Sequence record: NC_070967.1
Reading direction: 5' to 3' (one strand)
DNA: 64,000 bases
Shown piece after piece: positions 17,749 through 27,489 of this stretch. The position numbers and the translations under genes were made by a program. Positions within the stretch are counted from its first letter, which is position 1. Each line of letters starts with the position of its first letter. The notes under the pieces were generated by a model. That model worked only from the letters and a program-made list of their open reading frames with translations, had not been told where the DNA came from and ran no database searches.

Positions 17749-19405
17749 TGAGTACGCTGAATACAGATGGCTCAACGAGATAGGATACGAATTCCTATCT
17801 CGTGACTATCTGCTTGAGAATGAAACGTGGGACGACAAGGTAAATGTTATCGTAGGTCGTGCTGCTGAAATCCTAGGTGATAAGGTACCCGACTTCTTCG
17901 AGAAGTTTAAGGGATATTATCAGAAGGGATACTATTCTTGGTCCAGTCCGATTATCTCGAACTTTGGGACCTCCAGAGGTCTTCCGATTAGCTGCTTCGG
18001 TAGTTATATTGAAGACTCAATGGAATCGATTCTGTACACGTTTGCAGAAGTAGGAATGATGTCTAAGATTGGTGGAGGTACGTCTGGTACCTTTGACCAA
18101 CTTAGACATAAGGGTGCTGAGATCCGTGGAAACGGTAAGAGCTCAGGTCCAGTTCACTTTATGAGACTGTTTGATACGAATATCAATGTCGTCAGTCAAG
18201 GTAAGACTCGTAGAGGTAGCTTTGCTGCTTATATGAGTGTTTCTCATCCAGACATTATGGAACATCTCACTCTACGTAGTGAAGGCAGTCCAATTCAAGA
18301 TCTTTCATTCGGTGTCACTATTCCTGAAGGATGGATGCAGTCCATGCTTGATGGTGACAAGGATAAGAGAAAGATCTGGGCTCGTATCCTAGAGGTACGT
18401 GCAAATACTGGTTATCCTTACATCATGTTCTTGGATAACGTTCAGAACGGTAGACCAGACGTTTACAAAGATTACGATATGAGAATCACTCATTCGAATC
18501 TATGTTCTGAGATCATGCTTCCAGATAGTCCAGATGAGTCATTCGTCTGTGATCTATCTTCGATGAATATTCTTTACTACGATGAGTGGAAAGATACTGA
18601 TGCAGTTGAGTATCTGACTTACTTCCTCGATGCAGTTATGACTGACTTCATTGAGAAAGCTAGAAATATTAAATTCATGGAACGTGCAGTAAGATTTGCT
18701 GAACGTCACCGTGCTCTAGGTATTGGTCAGTTTGGATGGCATAGCTATCTTCAGAGCAAGATGATTCCATATGAATCTATTGAAGCTAAGATGCATGTCA
18801 TTCAGATCGCTCGTAGAATCAAGGAGAAGGCTTATGCAGGATCAGCTAATCTAGCCACATGGTTCGGTGAGCCTGAACTCCTTAAGGGATATGGTCGACG
18901 TAACACTACGCTGATCGCTATTGCTCCTACGAAGTCCTCAGCATTCATCCATGGTCAAGCATCAGAAGGTATTGAACCTTATCAATCCAATGCTTATATC
19001 AAGGATCTTCAGAAGGGTAAGTATACCTTTAAGAATCCTTATCTGAAGAAGCTACTAGCTGAGAAGGGATACGATAACGATCAGGTTTGGTCAGGTATCC
19101 TCAAGAATCGTGGATCTGTCCAGAATCTAGAGTTCTTGACTCCAGAAGAGAAGAGTGTCTTCAAGACATTCTCTGAAATCTCTGCTCGTGATGTTATCAT
19201 CATGGTAGCTCAACGCCAGAAGTACGTTGATCAAGGTCAGTCTACGAACATCATGATCCATCCTAAGACTCCAATCAAGGATGTTCATGAACTGTATGTT
19301 GAAGGATGGAAGCTTGGTATCAAGTCATTCTATTATCAGTACAGTATCAATGCTGCTCAGGAATTTTCGAGAGATCTAGTTATCTGCTCGAGTTGTGAGG
19401 GTTAA
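17741..19405 (+). CDS. nrdA: Class I ribonucleotide reductase alpha subunit, no ATP cone
   Basis: PISCF, GGGT, SNLCSE, IAPTKSS, QKYVDQGQS, KSFYY, C-terminal CSSC. Confidence 0.95.
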   Translation: MTNEYAEYRWLNEIGYEFLSRDYLLENETWDDKVNVIVGRAAEILGDKVPDFFEKFKGYYQKGYYSWSSPIISNFGTSRGLPISCFGSYIEDSMESILYTFAEVGMMSKIGGGTSGTFDQLRHKGAEIRGNGKSSGPVHFMRLFDTNINVVSQGKTRRGSFAAYMSVSHPDIMEHLTLRSEGSPIQDLSFGVTIPEGWMQSMLDGDKDKRKIWARILEVRANTGYPYIMFLDNVQNGRPDVYKDYDMRITHSNLCSEIMLPDSPDESFVCDLSSMNILYYDEWKDTDAVEYLTYFLDAVMTDFIEKARNIKFMERAVRFAERHRALGIGQFGWHSYLQSKMIPYESIEAKMHVIQIARRIKEKAYAGSANLATWFGEPELLKGYGRRNTTLIAIAPTKSSAFIHGQASEGIEPYQSNAYIKDLQKGKYTFKNPYLKKLLAEKGYDNDQVWSGILKNRGSVQNLEFLTPEEKSVFKTFSEISARDVIIMVAQRQKYVDQGQSTNIMIHPKTPIKDVHELYVEGWKLGIKSFYYQYSINAAQEFSRDLVICSSCEG

Positions 19406-19668
19406 TGAATAAGCTCGACTATTGTCACGATTGTGCGAGAGCTCATCTACAATCAGTAGTCGAGCGTATTGCTATTAAGAAGAATCTGAAATTAGAAGTA
19501 ATAAATGCAGGCATACCTTGGCAGACTTTCATTGTTATGAATCGAGATAGTCAGTACTGGGTTCAGATTGACATGAAAATCGATCAGATCTCTTATCATG
19601 ACATCAAAGAAGACTTAATGTTTTCGTATGTGGACCTAGATGCAACCTTAAGTGAGATTCTTAAATGA
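19405..19668 (+). CDS. Hypothetical protein with an N-terminal CxxC
   Basis: CHDC motif, translationally coupled to nrdA; a redoxin role is unproven. Confidence 0.5.
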   Translation: MNKLDYCHDCARAHLQSVVERIAIKKNLKLEVINAGIPWQTFIVMNRDSQYWVQIDMKIDQISYHDIKEDLMFSYVDLDATLSEILK

Positions 19669-20123
19669 AAATCCGGACATCTCTTTCAATCCTGTTACTA
19701 TCTTCATCCGTTGCATATGCTGATCCTAAGGTCAGTGAAGTTGATAAGATGACTCATGTCCCTTCATGGAAGATTCTGAGAGTTGTAGATGGAGATACTG
19801 TCAAGGTTATTCTTCCAGAGTCTCCAGATATTCCTGCACAGCTTCGAGAGATGAGCATTCGTATCTACGGTGTAGATACTCCTGAGAAGGGTGGTCGTGC
19901 TAAATGTGCTCAAGAAGCTGCACTAGGTCGTAAGTCTACACAATTCGCTAAAGATATCGTCGACCCTAGTTCTGCACAGATCTATGTTCTTCAACATGAT
20001 AAATTTGGTGGAAGAGTAGATGGAGATATCGTAGTTAATGGAGTACCACTGTCCAAGATTCTTATTGACAATGGATTAGCTCATGAATACTACGGTGATA
20101 CCAAGAAGTCCTGGTGTGATTGA
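19665..20123 (+). CDS. SNase/thermonuclease-family nuclease with a signal peptide
   Basis: VVDGDT, IRIYGVDTPE, DKFGGR. Confidence 0.9.
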   Translation: MKIRTSLSILLLSSSVAYADPKVSEVDKMTHVPSWKILRVVDGDTVKVILPESPDIPAQLREMSIRIYGVDTPEKGGRAKCAQEAALGRKSTQFAKDIVDPSSAQIYVLQHDKFGGRVDGDIVVNGVPLSKILIDNGLAHEYYGDTKKSWCD

Positions 20124-20180
20124 ACGAATTTGAGGTCCTAAAGCCTTCCTTGTCAGGTCGGTTTTAGGACCTTTTATTTT
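20124..20180 (+). terminator. Terminator hairpin with a bipartite motif copy (ACGAA-N13-AGCCTTCCT) in its stem and loop
   Basis: AGGTCCTAAA / TTTAGGACCT stem, then TTTATTTT. Confidence 0.65.
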
Positions 20181-20191
20181 AGAGGTTAGCT

Positions 20192-20554
20192 ATGGAATTC
20201 GGATTACTTCTATTTAAGCTACTCGTAGGTCATGCTATATGGGACTATCCTGGACAAGGATTTCTAGCCGATCTTAAGAATTGTAATAAAGACTGTAAGT
20301 CTCTTTTGAAGAGCAACTTCGCAGTTGATAAGCATGCATGGATGTTCGGACTATTCTTTCATGTCCTACTTCATTGTGGAGCAGTTGCTTTTATTACTCA
20401 ATCTGTCACTGCTACTATACTAGAATTCGTAGTGCATATTATTACGGATCACGTTAAATGTAAGGATAAGATCTCGTTTGTAACGGATCAGATTATTCAT
20501 ATCCTCACTAAAGTAGTTATCTGCATTATTGTACTCCACGGAGGATTTCCATGA
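20192..20554 (+). CDS. DUF3307-like membrane protein
   Basis: GHAIWDYPGQ, HVLLH, HIITDHVK, DQIIH. Confidence 0.75.
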   Translation: MEFGLLLFKLLVGHAIWDYPGQGFLADLKNCNKDCKSLLKSNFAVDKHAWMFGLFFHVLLHCGAVAFITQSVTATILEFVVHIITDHVKCKDKISFVTDQIIHILTKVVICIIVLHGGFP

Positions 20555-20730
20555 GTAGAGCAGACGATATTATTAACATTGTAAATTATATTACTCATGA
20601 AGATTCGATTCACAAGAAGGCTGCTCAAGCAGCTGATAAGATTAAATCTGATCGTAAATCTGCATGGGATAAAGATCTTGAACGTCTGAAAGACTCAGGA
20701 TCTACAGGTACCAAATATTAAGAGAAATCA

Positions 20731-20913
20731 ATGACCACAGCTTCAAGTCTAGAAGATATTGTCTATAGTATCAACAAAGTCTTGAGTTCTCCTATCGAAT
20801 CGAGTGTTGCTCCTAGAATAACGAGCACTCTGTCTTCTTTACTGAAGCTACAAGAGTCTCATATGAAAACTCTCAAGGATATTAAATCCAAGATGGAAAG
20901 CTCAGAGAGTTAA
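20731..20913 (+). CDS. Hypothetical protein
   Basis: Packed ORF. Confidence 0.5.
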   Translation: MTTASSLEDIVYSINKVLSSPIESSVAPRITSTLSSLLKLQESHMKTLKDIKSKMESSES

Positions 20914-20915
20914 CC

Positions 20916-21158
20916 ATGAGAAAAACATTGACTGATATTCCTATCCCTGCAGAGCGTAGATGTGCGACTCTGAAGGTAGTTACTAAAGTCCCTACTAAAT
21001 ACATCTTGATCGATTCTGAGACAGGTCATGTTTACAGAGGAAATTCTTCTCACGATCAAGAGATTCATGGATATGATTGGAGATCACATAAAGTTGATCG
21101 AGATTTAGTACAGAAGGTGATCTCAGAAGTCATCAAAGAAGAAGAGAATGTACTGTAA
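20916..21158 (+). CDS. Hypothetical protein
   Basis: Packed ORF. Confidence 0.6.
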   Translation: MRKTLTDIPIPAERRCATLKVVTKVPTKYILIDSETGHVYRGNSSHDQEIHGYDWRSHKVDRDLVQKVISEVIKEEENVL

Positions 21159-21585
21159 TCATTTCAAGAATCCTATCACCTGCTTGCAATGTACTCCTGA
21201 AGAACGTGATCAAGCAGTGGAAGTTGCTAAACAATTAATTAGATCAAGACCTGTAGTCTCTGAAATTCAAGAGTCTGAGGTACTTGATAAAATCGAACCT
21301 GTAGTTATTGTTGAAGAACCTGAGTCTCTGACTCCGCAGAATGAAACGATACCGTTAAATATCGTAATTTCACCTGCACCACTTCCCGTAGATAAGAATC
21401 CTGTCATGTCTGAGAATACAATTACTGTTAATCTTGAGACTGTAACTGGAGAATCCATCAGATTCGAGTGTTCCGTATGTGAAGATACTCAAGATCTGTT
21501 GTCAGCAATATCTCGTAACATTAGTGCTAAGAATCCATCTCTCAAGAAGATGGTTATTCATAATCCTCGGAAAAATTCTGTATGA
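21148..21585 (+). CDS. Hypothetical protein
   Basis: Packed ORF. Confidence 0.6.
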   Translation: MYCNHFKNPITCLQCTPEERDQAVEVAKQLIRSRPVVSEIQESEVLDKIEPVVIVEEPESLTPQNETIPLNIVISPAPLPVDKNPVMSENTITVNLETVTGESIRFECSVCEDTQDLLSAISRNISAKNPSLKKMVIHNPRKNSV

Positions 21586-21917
21586 ACACTTCTAATCTAG
21601 AAGGTACTCTCTTAGTAAATGCTAAAGAGATAACTATGATTAAAGGATCTAAAGGATCTGGAAAATCTCACTGTGCCCATCTCCTCTTCAAAGATGCTAC
21701 GGATAAGTGGGAATCTGTGCTACTTATCGATGGTCCTAATAGTAAGCAACACATTCAAGTCAATCAGACTACTCGTGTTATTGACGTGGCTGCAGCTACT
21801 GTTGGTAAATCTTATGACAAAGTCATCTATGTCGATAATGACGAGAAGGACTTTAAAGTCGTCTCACTTAATAGTGATCTCAGAATCCGTCAAATCAGTG
21901 TCGGAGACGTCGACTAA
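21582..21917 (+). CDS. Small protein with a P-loop-like GSKGSGKS
   Basis: Walker A-like motif in only 111 aa. Confidence 0.5.
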   Translation: MNTSNLEGTLLVNAKEITMIKGSKGSGKSHCAHLLFKDATDKWESVLLIDGPNSKQHIQVNQTTRVIDVAAATVGKSYDKVIYVDNDEKDFKVVSLNSDLRIRQISVGDVD

Positions 21918-21918
21918 T

Positions 21919-22314
21919 ATGATTAATTTGAATAAAGTAAGTACTCCGATCTGCAAGAGTGGATTTGAGATTATAATTCACTCAGATTCTCTGAGTAAAC
22001 GAGAACGTGAAGCAGTAGCACTGAGCTTACTCAAACAAGTCAAGAGACTTGATAAACGTACTCGTGTTGAGACGATCGAGCTTCAATTCGCTGAGATGCT
22101 TCATCCGAACATCTACGAGTGTTTGAAGACTCTAGTCCTAGATTCTACAGGTAGTATTGAATATTTTGATTCTGACCGTGTAGGAGATATCGATCGTTTG
22201 ACTTGTGACTTGTACAAGTTTAATGATTTCGATGATGTCACTATGATTTCTCGTCGTGATGTTGAATGTGATGATGTAGCAACTATTGTTTTAACTATGA
22301 AAGTGAATGTATAA
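21919..22314 (+). CDS. Hypothetical protein
   Basis: ATG 21919 follows the stop of the previous gene. Confidence 0.6.
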   Translation: MINLNKVSTPICKSGFEIIIHSDSLSKREREAVALSLLKQVKRLDKRTRVETIELQFAEMLHPNIYECLKTLVLDSTGSIEYFDSDRVGDIDRLTCDLYKFNDFDDVTMISRRDVECDDVATIVLTMKVNV

Positions 22315-22413
22315 TGGGTAGTCCCGCACGTATTCTTAATGAAGTAGTCGCTGATTCTTCCAAGGATCGTAAGCTTAATGAGTCTCCTGAGAAGAAGGCT
22401 GAGAAGAAATCAC

Positions 22414-22743
22414 ATGAAGTTGGTATTTGATCGAGATAATCCAAACAATATGAGTGTTGGAGGTACGATTACTGTCGAGCCTTCATTCTCTTCTATGTAT
22501 CCTCCATACAACATTCCATCTACTAGTCCATATATTAAACCATATGATCTGACTCCTATGAGTCCGAATGTAGCTCCAATTCCATCATTCACACCTGCTA
22601 CTACCATTCCAGGTATTGGAGTGTATTATACCAAGCGTGAAGATATCTTCTTTAAGATTCTGAACTTGCCTCGATTTGATGATAAGTCAATCGAAGAAGT
22701 ATGGGAAGCATCTGGGAAAATGGAGCAGATGTTTAAATCTTAA
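22414..22743 (+). CDS. Hypothetical Pro-rich protein
   Basis: Packed ORF. Confidence 0.55.
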   Translation: MKLVFDRDNPNNMSVGGTITVEPSFSSMYPPYNIPSTSPYIKPYDLTPMSPNVAPIPSFTPATTIPGIGVYYTKREDIFFKILNLPRFDDKSIEEVWEASGKMEQMFKS

Positions 22744-22753
22744 GGAGAATTCC

Positions 22754-24247
22754 ATGAGTCAGGTGAGCACCATCAAGTTGGAGTTTGCTGATTTCTACAA
22801 GATCGCTCTATCATCTGACAGTCAATTTATTCTTGATTATTTCAGGAAATCTCTTTCAACTGAGTATGAAACATCTTATACTATTAACCTCAGAGGTGGT
22901 GGTAAAAAGAAGATAACTCAGAAGAAGGATATGAAAATCTATCAAGATCTGAAGTCATGCTTGCTAATCGATGCTGGTCTTGTGGACTACATCATAGCAA
23001 GCATTTCTACTCTATTGCGAGAGAACGGACCTGAGAATTTCAAGATTGAATCCTTGTTACCTAAGATCCAACCTCTCGTACTGAGTGAGAAGTGGTTTAA
23101 GATTTTTAATAGTCATCCTCGTGGTGAAGAATTTGCTAAGAATCAGTTAACTGATTTTCCTAAGATCACTTCTTCATTCGGCGGTACTGCAGAACTATTT
23201 ACAGGATACGGTAAGACAGAATTGCAATTATCTATTGCTGAATGTTTTACTGAACAATATCCAGGTAATGTCCTTATTCTTGCTCCAGATAATGCGATTA
23301 AAGATGAAATCTATCTTCGATCTAAAAGATGGGAAGTTGATGTCGGAGATCGTGATTGGAGTAAAAGGATCAATGTAATCAATCCTGTAGGATTCATGAG
23401 ATCCAAGGCATTGAGTAGTGAATCGAGAGAGTGGCACTCTGACGTCAAGATGGTTTTAACTGATGAGTCTCATCACTTAACTGCAGAATCTTGGCATAAG
23501 ATCTTTGGATTAATTTGTCATCTTGATAGATCATACGGCTTCTCCGCATCTGTTGACGTTGGTGAAGGTCAGATTATGCTACCAGGTAGTACTACTCTGA
23601 AGAGTCTAGGACCTCGAAATATGAAGATCGTAGGTTTGTCAGGTAGTCTTAAGGTACGTCGTAGACTTCCAGTTCCAGTATCTGTTCTTAGAGTTTATCA
23701 TCGTGTAGCTGATCCTACAAAATGTAGAGATCAAGACGGTTGGATGATCGCTTATGATCAAACAATTACGCAGATGAAATTTGCTGCAGATATGTTGAAT
23801 ACAATGGTAGAAACGGATCGAATATTCTTCGTTCCGATTTATAAGAAGGAATCAGGATTCCAATTGTACAAGAATTTGATCTCGTTAGGGTCAAGTTCGA
23901 TCTTTTGGACTTCAGATGAACTTCATGTTAATGGTGAGAAAGTCACCACGGACAACCCTCTTGCATACGTTAAAGAATTTATGCGTAAAACTCCTGCAAG
24001 AACTCTAATATCGACACGATTTGAAGGTATCGATATTCCTAATCTTGACGGGATTGTACCACTTACAGGTACGAGTCATCGAATGACGATTCAGCCTGTA
24101 GGACGATCAGCACGTAATCAAGACGTGTTGGTTATTTTAATGTATGACAAGAATAATCCTATTGTTATGTATCAATCTAAAATACGCAGAAATAGAATCG
24201 AGAATGAATATAACATCGTGAGTTCGCGATCTAGAACAATTGATTAA
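22754..24247 (+). CDS. UvsW-like SF2 DNA helicase
   Basis: TGYGKT, TDESHH, EGIDIPNL, QPVGRSAR; AAGGAG RBS. Confidence 0.85.
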   Translation: MSQVSTIKLEFADFYKIALSSDSQFILDYFRKSLSTEYETSYTINLRGGGKKKITQKKDMKIYQDLKSCLLIDAGLVDYIIASISTLLRENGPENFKIESLLPKIQPLVLSEKWFKIFNSHPRGEEFAKNQLTDFPKITSSFGGTAELFTGYGKTELQLSIAECFTEQYPGNVLILAPDNAIKDEIYLRSKRWEVDVGDRDWSKRINVINPVGFMRSKALSSESREWHSDVKMVLTDESHHLTAESWHKIFGLICHLDRSYGFSASVDVGEGQIMLPGSTTLKSLGPRNMKIVGLSGSLKVRRRLPVPVSVLRVYHRVADPTKCRDQDGWMIAYDQTITQMKFAADMLNTMVETDRIFFVPIYKKESGFQLYKNLISLGSSSIFWTSDELHVNGEKVTTDNPLAYVKEFMRKTPARTLISTRFEGIDIPNLDGIVPLTGTSHRMTIQPVGRSARNQDVLVILMYDKNNPIVMYQSKIRRNRIENEYNIVSSRSRTID

Positions 24248-24265
24248 CCTCTAGAGAGGTTAATA

Positions 24266-24274
24266 AGCCTTCCT
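24266..24274 (+). promoter_or_regulatory. AGCCTTCCT box without the upstream box, preceded by a palindrome
   Basis: TTAACCTCT-AG-AGAGGTTAA palindrome immediately upstream; lies ahead of the DnaB-like gene. Confidence 0.4.
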
Positions 24275-24335
24275 TATTGAGGAGGATTTCTTAGATATCC
24301 CTATCAATTAGAAATTTTAAGTTGACGAGAATTAA

Positions 24336-25580
24336 ATGTCTGAAATAACTTTTGCATGCGCACTATCCAATCCTACCGTACGTTCAGCAATTAGAGGTCA
24401 CGTATCGGAACTGAATTGGAAATCTAAGCTTGCACAACAGATTGTAAATTTCTTTCTGAGTAAGACTGAAGCTAATGTTAATCCAGGATCTTTGAGAGCA
24501 TTTCTAGGAAATGTATGTTTGGAGAATGAGATTGATAATCTTCTTGTCAAGATGAAGGATTATATGGATGCAGGAGAGAATGTCAATGACATCTTGCAAT
24601 CCTTCGGAGACTTCTATGCTAATAAGAGACTCACAGAGATTCTTGAAAGTAACAGAGGTACTGGTGCATCTGAAATCATTAAACGTGTTAATGAGATTAA
24701 GAAGATCGAATCATTCTCGACTCCAATTGATTGTCTAGGTGAACTAGATATCGATAAAGTTATGGAGGCAGAACTAGGTGGAACAGCAATCCTACCTAGT
24801 AAGTTCGATCTGATTAAAAGAGCTACGCCATGGGCTGGATATCTTCGTGGTCAGGTAGTTCAGGTAGTTGCACCTCCAGGCGTTGGTAAGTCACTATTCC
24901 TAGCAAATGAGTCAGTCGAAATGGCTCGAGCTGGTGCAGAAGGTTACTTCGTAGCACTAGGCGATATGATGAAAATCGACTTCATTGTCCGATTTACTTC
25001 AATCGTTACAGGAGTAGATTATTATGACGTATCACTTGCTCCAAAGAAATATTATAGTGATGAAGTTAAGAATCTTCTGAAGAAGCTTCGAATCACAGTT
25101 CTACCTTCAGGTCAAATTGATCCTGTAGCACTAGGTGAATTTATTGAGAATAAAGTCCAGCCAGCTAAATCACTGGACTATGTATGTGTTGACTACGATT
25201 CTAACTTTGCGAAGACAAGCGATAGTATGTATGAAGAAGGTGGTATTGTTTACGATTCACTTTCTCGTATCTCTCGTCCTATGCATGCTCCGTATCGCCT
25301 AGTATTCGTAGCATCTCAGCCTAAGACTGCATTCTGGAATAATGAAGAACTTCCAATGGAGTGTGCAGCTGAATCATCACGTAAGCAAGCTATTATCGAC
25401 TTGCAAATCACGATTGGTAGATCTCCTCAGATCAAACAGTGTAAAGCTGGTGTTATGAAGGTAGGTAAGGCTCGTCGTGGTAAGGTGAATGAGAAGTCCT
25501 GGTACAAAGTTGAAGATTGTGGACGTCTCAAAGAAATTGAACAGTCGGACTACGCTCTCTTGAAATCTCATGAGGGTTGA
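24336..25580 (+). CDS. DnaB/gp41-like replicative helicase
   Basis: APPGVGKS, CVDYD, VASQP, KARRG. Confidence 0.8.
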   Translation: MSEITFACALSNPTVRSAIRGHVSELNWKSKLAQQIVNFFLSKTEANVNPGSLRAFLGNVCLENEIDNLLVKMKDYMDAGENVNDILQSFGDFYANKRLTEILESNRGTGASEIIKRVNEIKKIESFSTPIDCLGELDIDKVMEAELGGTAILPSKFDLIKRATPWAGYLRGQVVQVVAPPGVGKSLFLANESVEMARAGAEGYFVALGDMMKIDFIVRFTSIVTGVDYYDVSLAPKKYYSDEVKNLLKKLRITVLPSGQIDPVALGEFIENKVQPAKSLDYVCVDYDSNFAKTSDSMYEEGGIVYDSLSRISRPMHAPYRLVFVASQPKTAFWNNEELPMECAAESSRKQAIIDLQITIGRSPQIKQCKAGVMKVGKARRGKVNEKSWYKVEDCGRLKEIEQSDYALLKSHEG

Positions 25581-25613
25581 TATTAATAACTACCATAATT
25601 TATTCCATCTTAG

Positions 25614-26063
25614 ATGAATGTGGAAATTTTATGGAATAAGCATTTGAGTGAATGGATTGAATTTGAAGGGATGATCCGATTTAAAACTAGGAGCATTCCC
25701 TCTGAGAATGATTTGTATAAACCTAATTATCGTAGCAAGCATATGTACAAGAATCCTGAGATCGGTGGATATCAGGATGACTTTATCGAGCTTGGTAAGA
25801 AGACAGATTTAATTAAAGTAAGAGATTACGTTGACAAGTGGAGTGAGATTCGAGTTGAATTTCACTTCTACTTGCGATCTAATAGAAAGATTTGGGGTCT
25901 CGATGTAACTAATATGGTTAAGGCAACGGAAGATGCTCTTAAAGATATTACTAAAATTGATGACTCGAAGCATAAATCTGTAACATCTGAAAAGTATGAA
26001 TCTGAAGACGAATACGAGTCTGTGAAAGTCGTATATCGAATGAAGTTAAAAGATGAAGCATAA
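25614..26063 (+). CDS. RusA-like Holliday junction resolvase
   Basis: DVTNMVKATEDAL...IDD. Confidence 0.7.
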   Translation: MNVEILWNKHLSEWIEFEGMIRFKTRSIPSENDLYKPNYRSKHMYKNPEIGGYQDDFIELGKKTDLIKVRDYVDKWSEIRVEFHFYLRSNRKIWGLDVTNMVKATEDALKDITKIDDSKHKSVTSEKYESEDEYESVKVVYRMKLKDEA

Positions 26064-26286
26064 TCTTTCTACATTAAAAACACTTTATAGTATCGACAAG
26101 AAGTCAGCAGCATCATTAATGGCGATGTTGTGCAGTTTAAATGAAGGTGAGGAGTTCCACTCTAATCTTGGTCGTATCAAGAAAGACGGTGAGAATTCCT
26201 TCAAGATTATATTTAACAACAATACGATTAATAATATCGTAGATGAGTTAACAGATGACGGAAACATCAGTAAAATCTTTGATTGA
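26053..26286 (+). CDS. Hypothetical protein
   Basis: Packed ORF. Confidence 0.55.
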   Translation: MKHNLSTLKTLYSIDKKSAASLMAMLCSLNEGEEFHSNLGRIKKDGENSFKIIFNNNTINNIVDELTDDGNISKIFD

Positions 26287-27403
26287 CGTTATGTCAGATA
26301 AGGTTTTAGAGCTCGTAGTAATTTATCGTCAGACGAAGAGTTCTACTGATCTAAAGAATTTGTTAGATACAACAATTCTACTAGTGAAGTCTGTAAGAAT
26401 TATCATATTGAATCTTCGTAATGTGAGCAATGAAGATTTTGATCAGGATGTATGTCTTGATTTTATCTCCATGATTCTTACAGGACGAGACATTCAAAAT
26501 CCTACCTATAAAATCAAGTCGATCATCGAGTTCAGGATTAGAAATAATTCTCGGACGTATCGACTTGATGACGGTGACATGGACGTACTTGAAGATATGG
26601 AATCTTCAGACTATGTCGACAATCGTCTATTGATCGATGAGATTATTAGACGAGAGACTGAAGGACTACCAGACCGTGTTGTAGTGCAGATTCTTTATTA
26701 TGTATCTAATCCTGCCTACATTAAGAACTATATAAAAATGGCTCCTGAGTGTCCTGAGAAATATGTTATTGTTCTCAAGACGTATTACATTCGAAGAAAG
26801 ATCATGGACGATAAGTCTAAAGAACTAAACATTACAGTATCAAAGGATAGAGTTGCTAATCTACTTTTGATGTCAGGCTTGTACAATACCAGCCCACCAG
26901 CCTTCGTGCTACTTTCACTGATGAAAGATTTTAAGAATCTTCTTCAATTCCTAGTCTTGTTCGAAGGTCAATCTATCAAAATACCTACTATTGAGCAGAT
27001 TAATCATATCTTCTCGGATAGTAGTCATGTCTCGACAGCATTCGAGAATGATACATTGACGATCAATAACAAAGAGATGCTCGCATCACTTGTTACAGAT
27101 ACAGATCTTTCTCAGATCGACGCAGATACTAAATTGAATAGGTTCATTGATGAATATCTATCTGAGCTTATCAACGTAGCTACTAAGAACTACGATGTGA
27201 TTCAGACTAGACTTCTCAAGAATATCGACTACACTGATACCAAGCGTGTCAGTGAAGCTTACAAGATTATCAATCAAGAGATGACTGCTCAGATTAAGTT
27301 GATGGGAGAAATCGTATCAACTCTTAGTACGATCAAAGATATCAGATCTGCGATTGAGATGATCAAATCAAACAAAGAAGATAATTCTTCTAATAGTGTT
27401 TAG
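26255..27403 (+). CDS. Hypothetical protein with an ECF-sigma-like N-terminal half
   Basis: EDFDQDVCL resembles EDLxQEVFL; IEFRIRNNSR resembles region 2.4; GLPDRVVVQILYY resembles region 4.1. Confidence 0.35.
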   Translation: MTETSVKSLIDVMSDKVLELVVIYRQTKSSTDLKNLLDTTILLVKSVRIIILNLRNVSNEDFDQDVCLDFISMILTGRDIQNPTYKIKSIIEFRIRNNSRTYRLDDGDMDVLEDMESSDYVDNRLLIDEIIRRETEGLPDRVVVQILYYVSNPAYIKNYIKMAPECPEKYVIVLKTYYIRRKIMDDKSKELNITVSKDRVANLLLMSGLYNTSPPAFVLLSLMKDFKNLLQFLVLFEGQSIKIPTIEQINHIFSDSSHVSTAFENDTLTINNKEMLASLVTDTDLSQIDADTKLNRFIDEYLSELINVATKNYDVIQTRLLKNIDYTDTKRVSEAYKIINQEMTAQIKLMGEIVSTLSTIKDIRSAIEMIKSNKEDNSSNSV

Positions 27404-27408
27404 TTCGA

Positions 27409-27435
27409 GCGAAGTTAGGTGCGATAAACCTTCCT
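27409..27435 (+). promoter_or_regulatory. Bipartite motif copy (GCGAA-N13-AACCTTCCT)
   Basis: Upstream of the SSB gene. Confidence 0.6.
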
Positions 27436-27489
27436 TCTTCGTTGAGCGGATTCGAGTTATTGAATTCGTTCATTTAATGTGAGAGAAAT

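Noticed and set aside
19405-19668. Glutaredoxin/NrdH call for the CxxC ORF after nrdA
   Set aside because: CHDC is present but there is no cis-Pro (TVP) or GG motif; left as hypothetical
16705-22753. Upstream-extended starts in the ORF track (16705, 17669, 21673, 22676; also 7836, 9116, 14077, 43962, 45533, 47635)
   Set aside because: They overlap upstream genes or terminators; downstream ATGs with an RBS or stop-start coupling fit better
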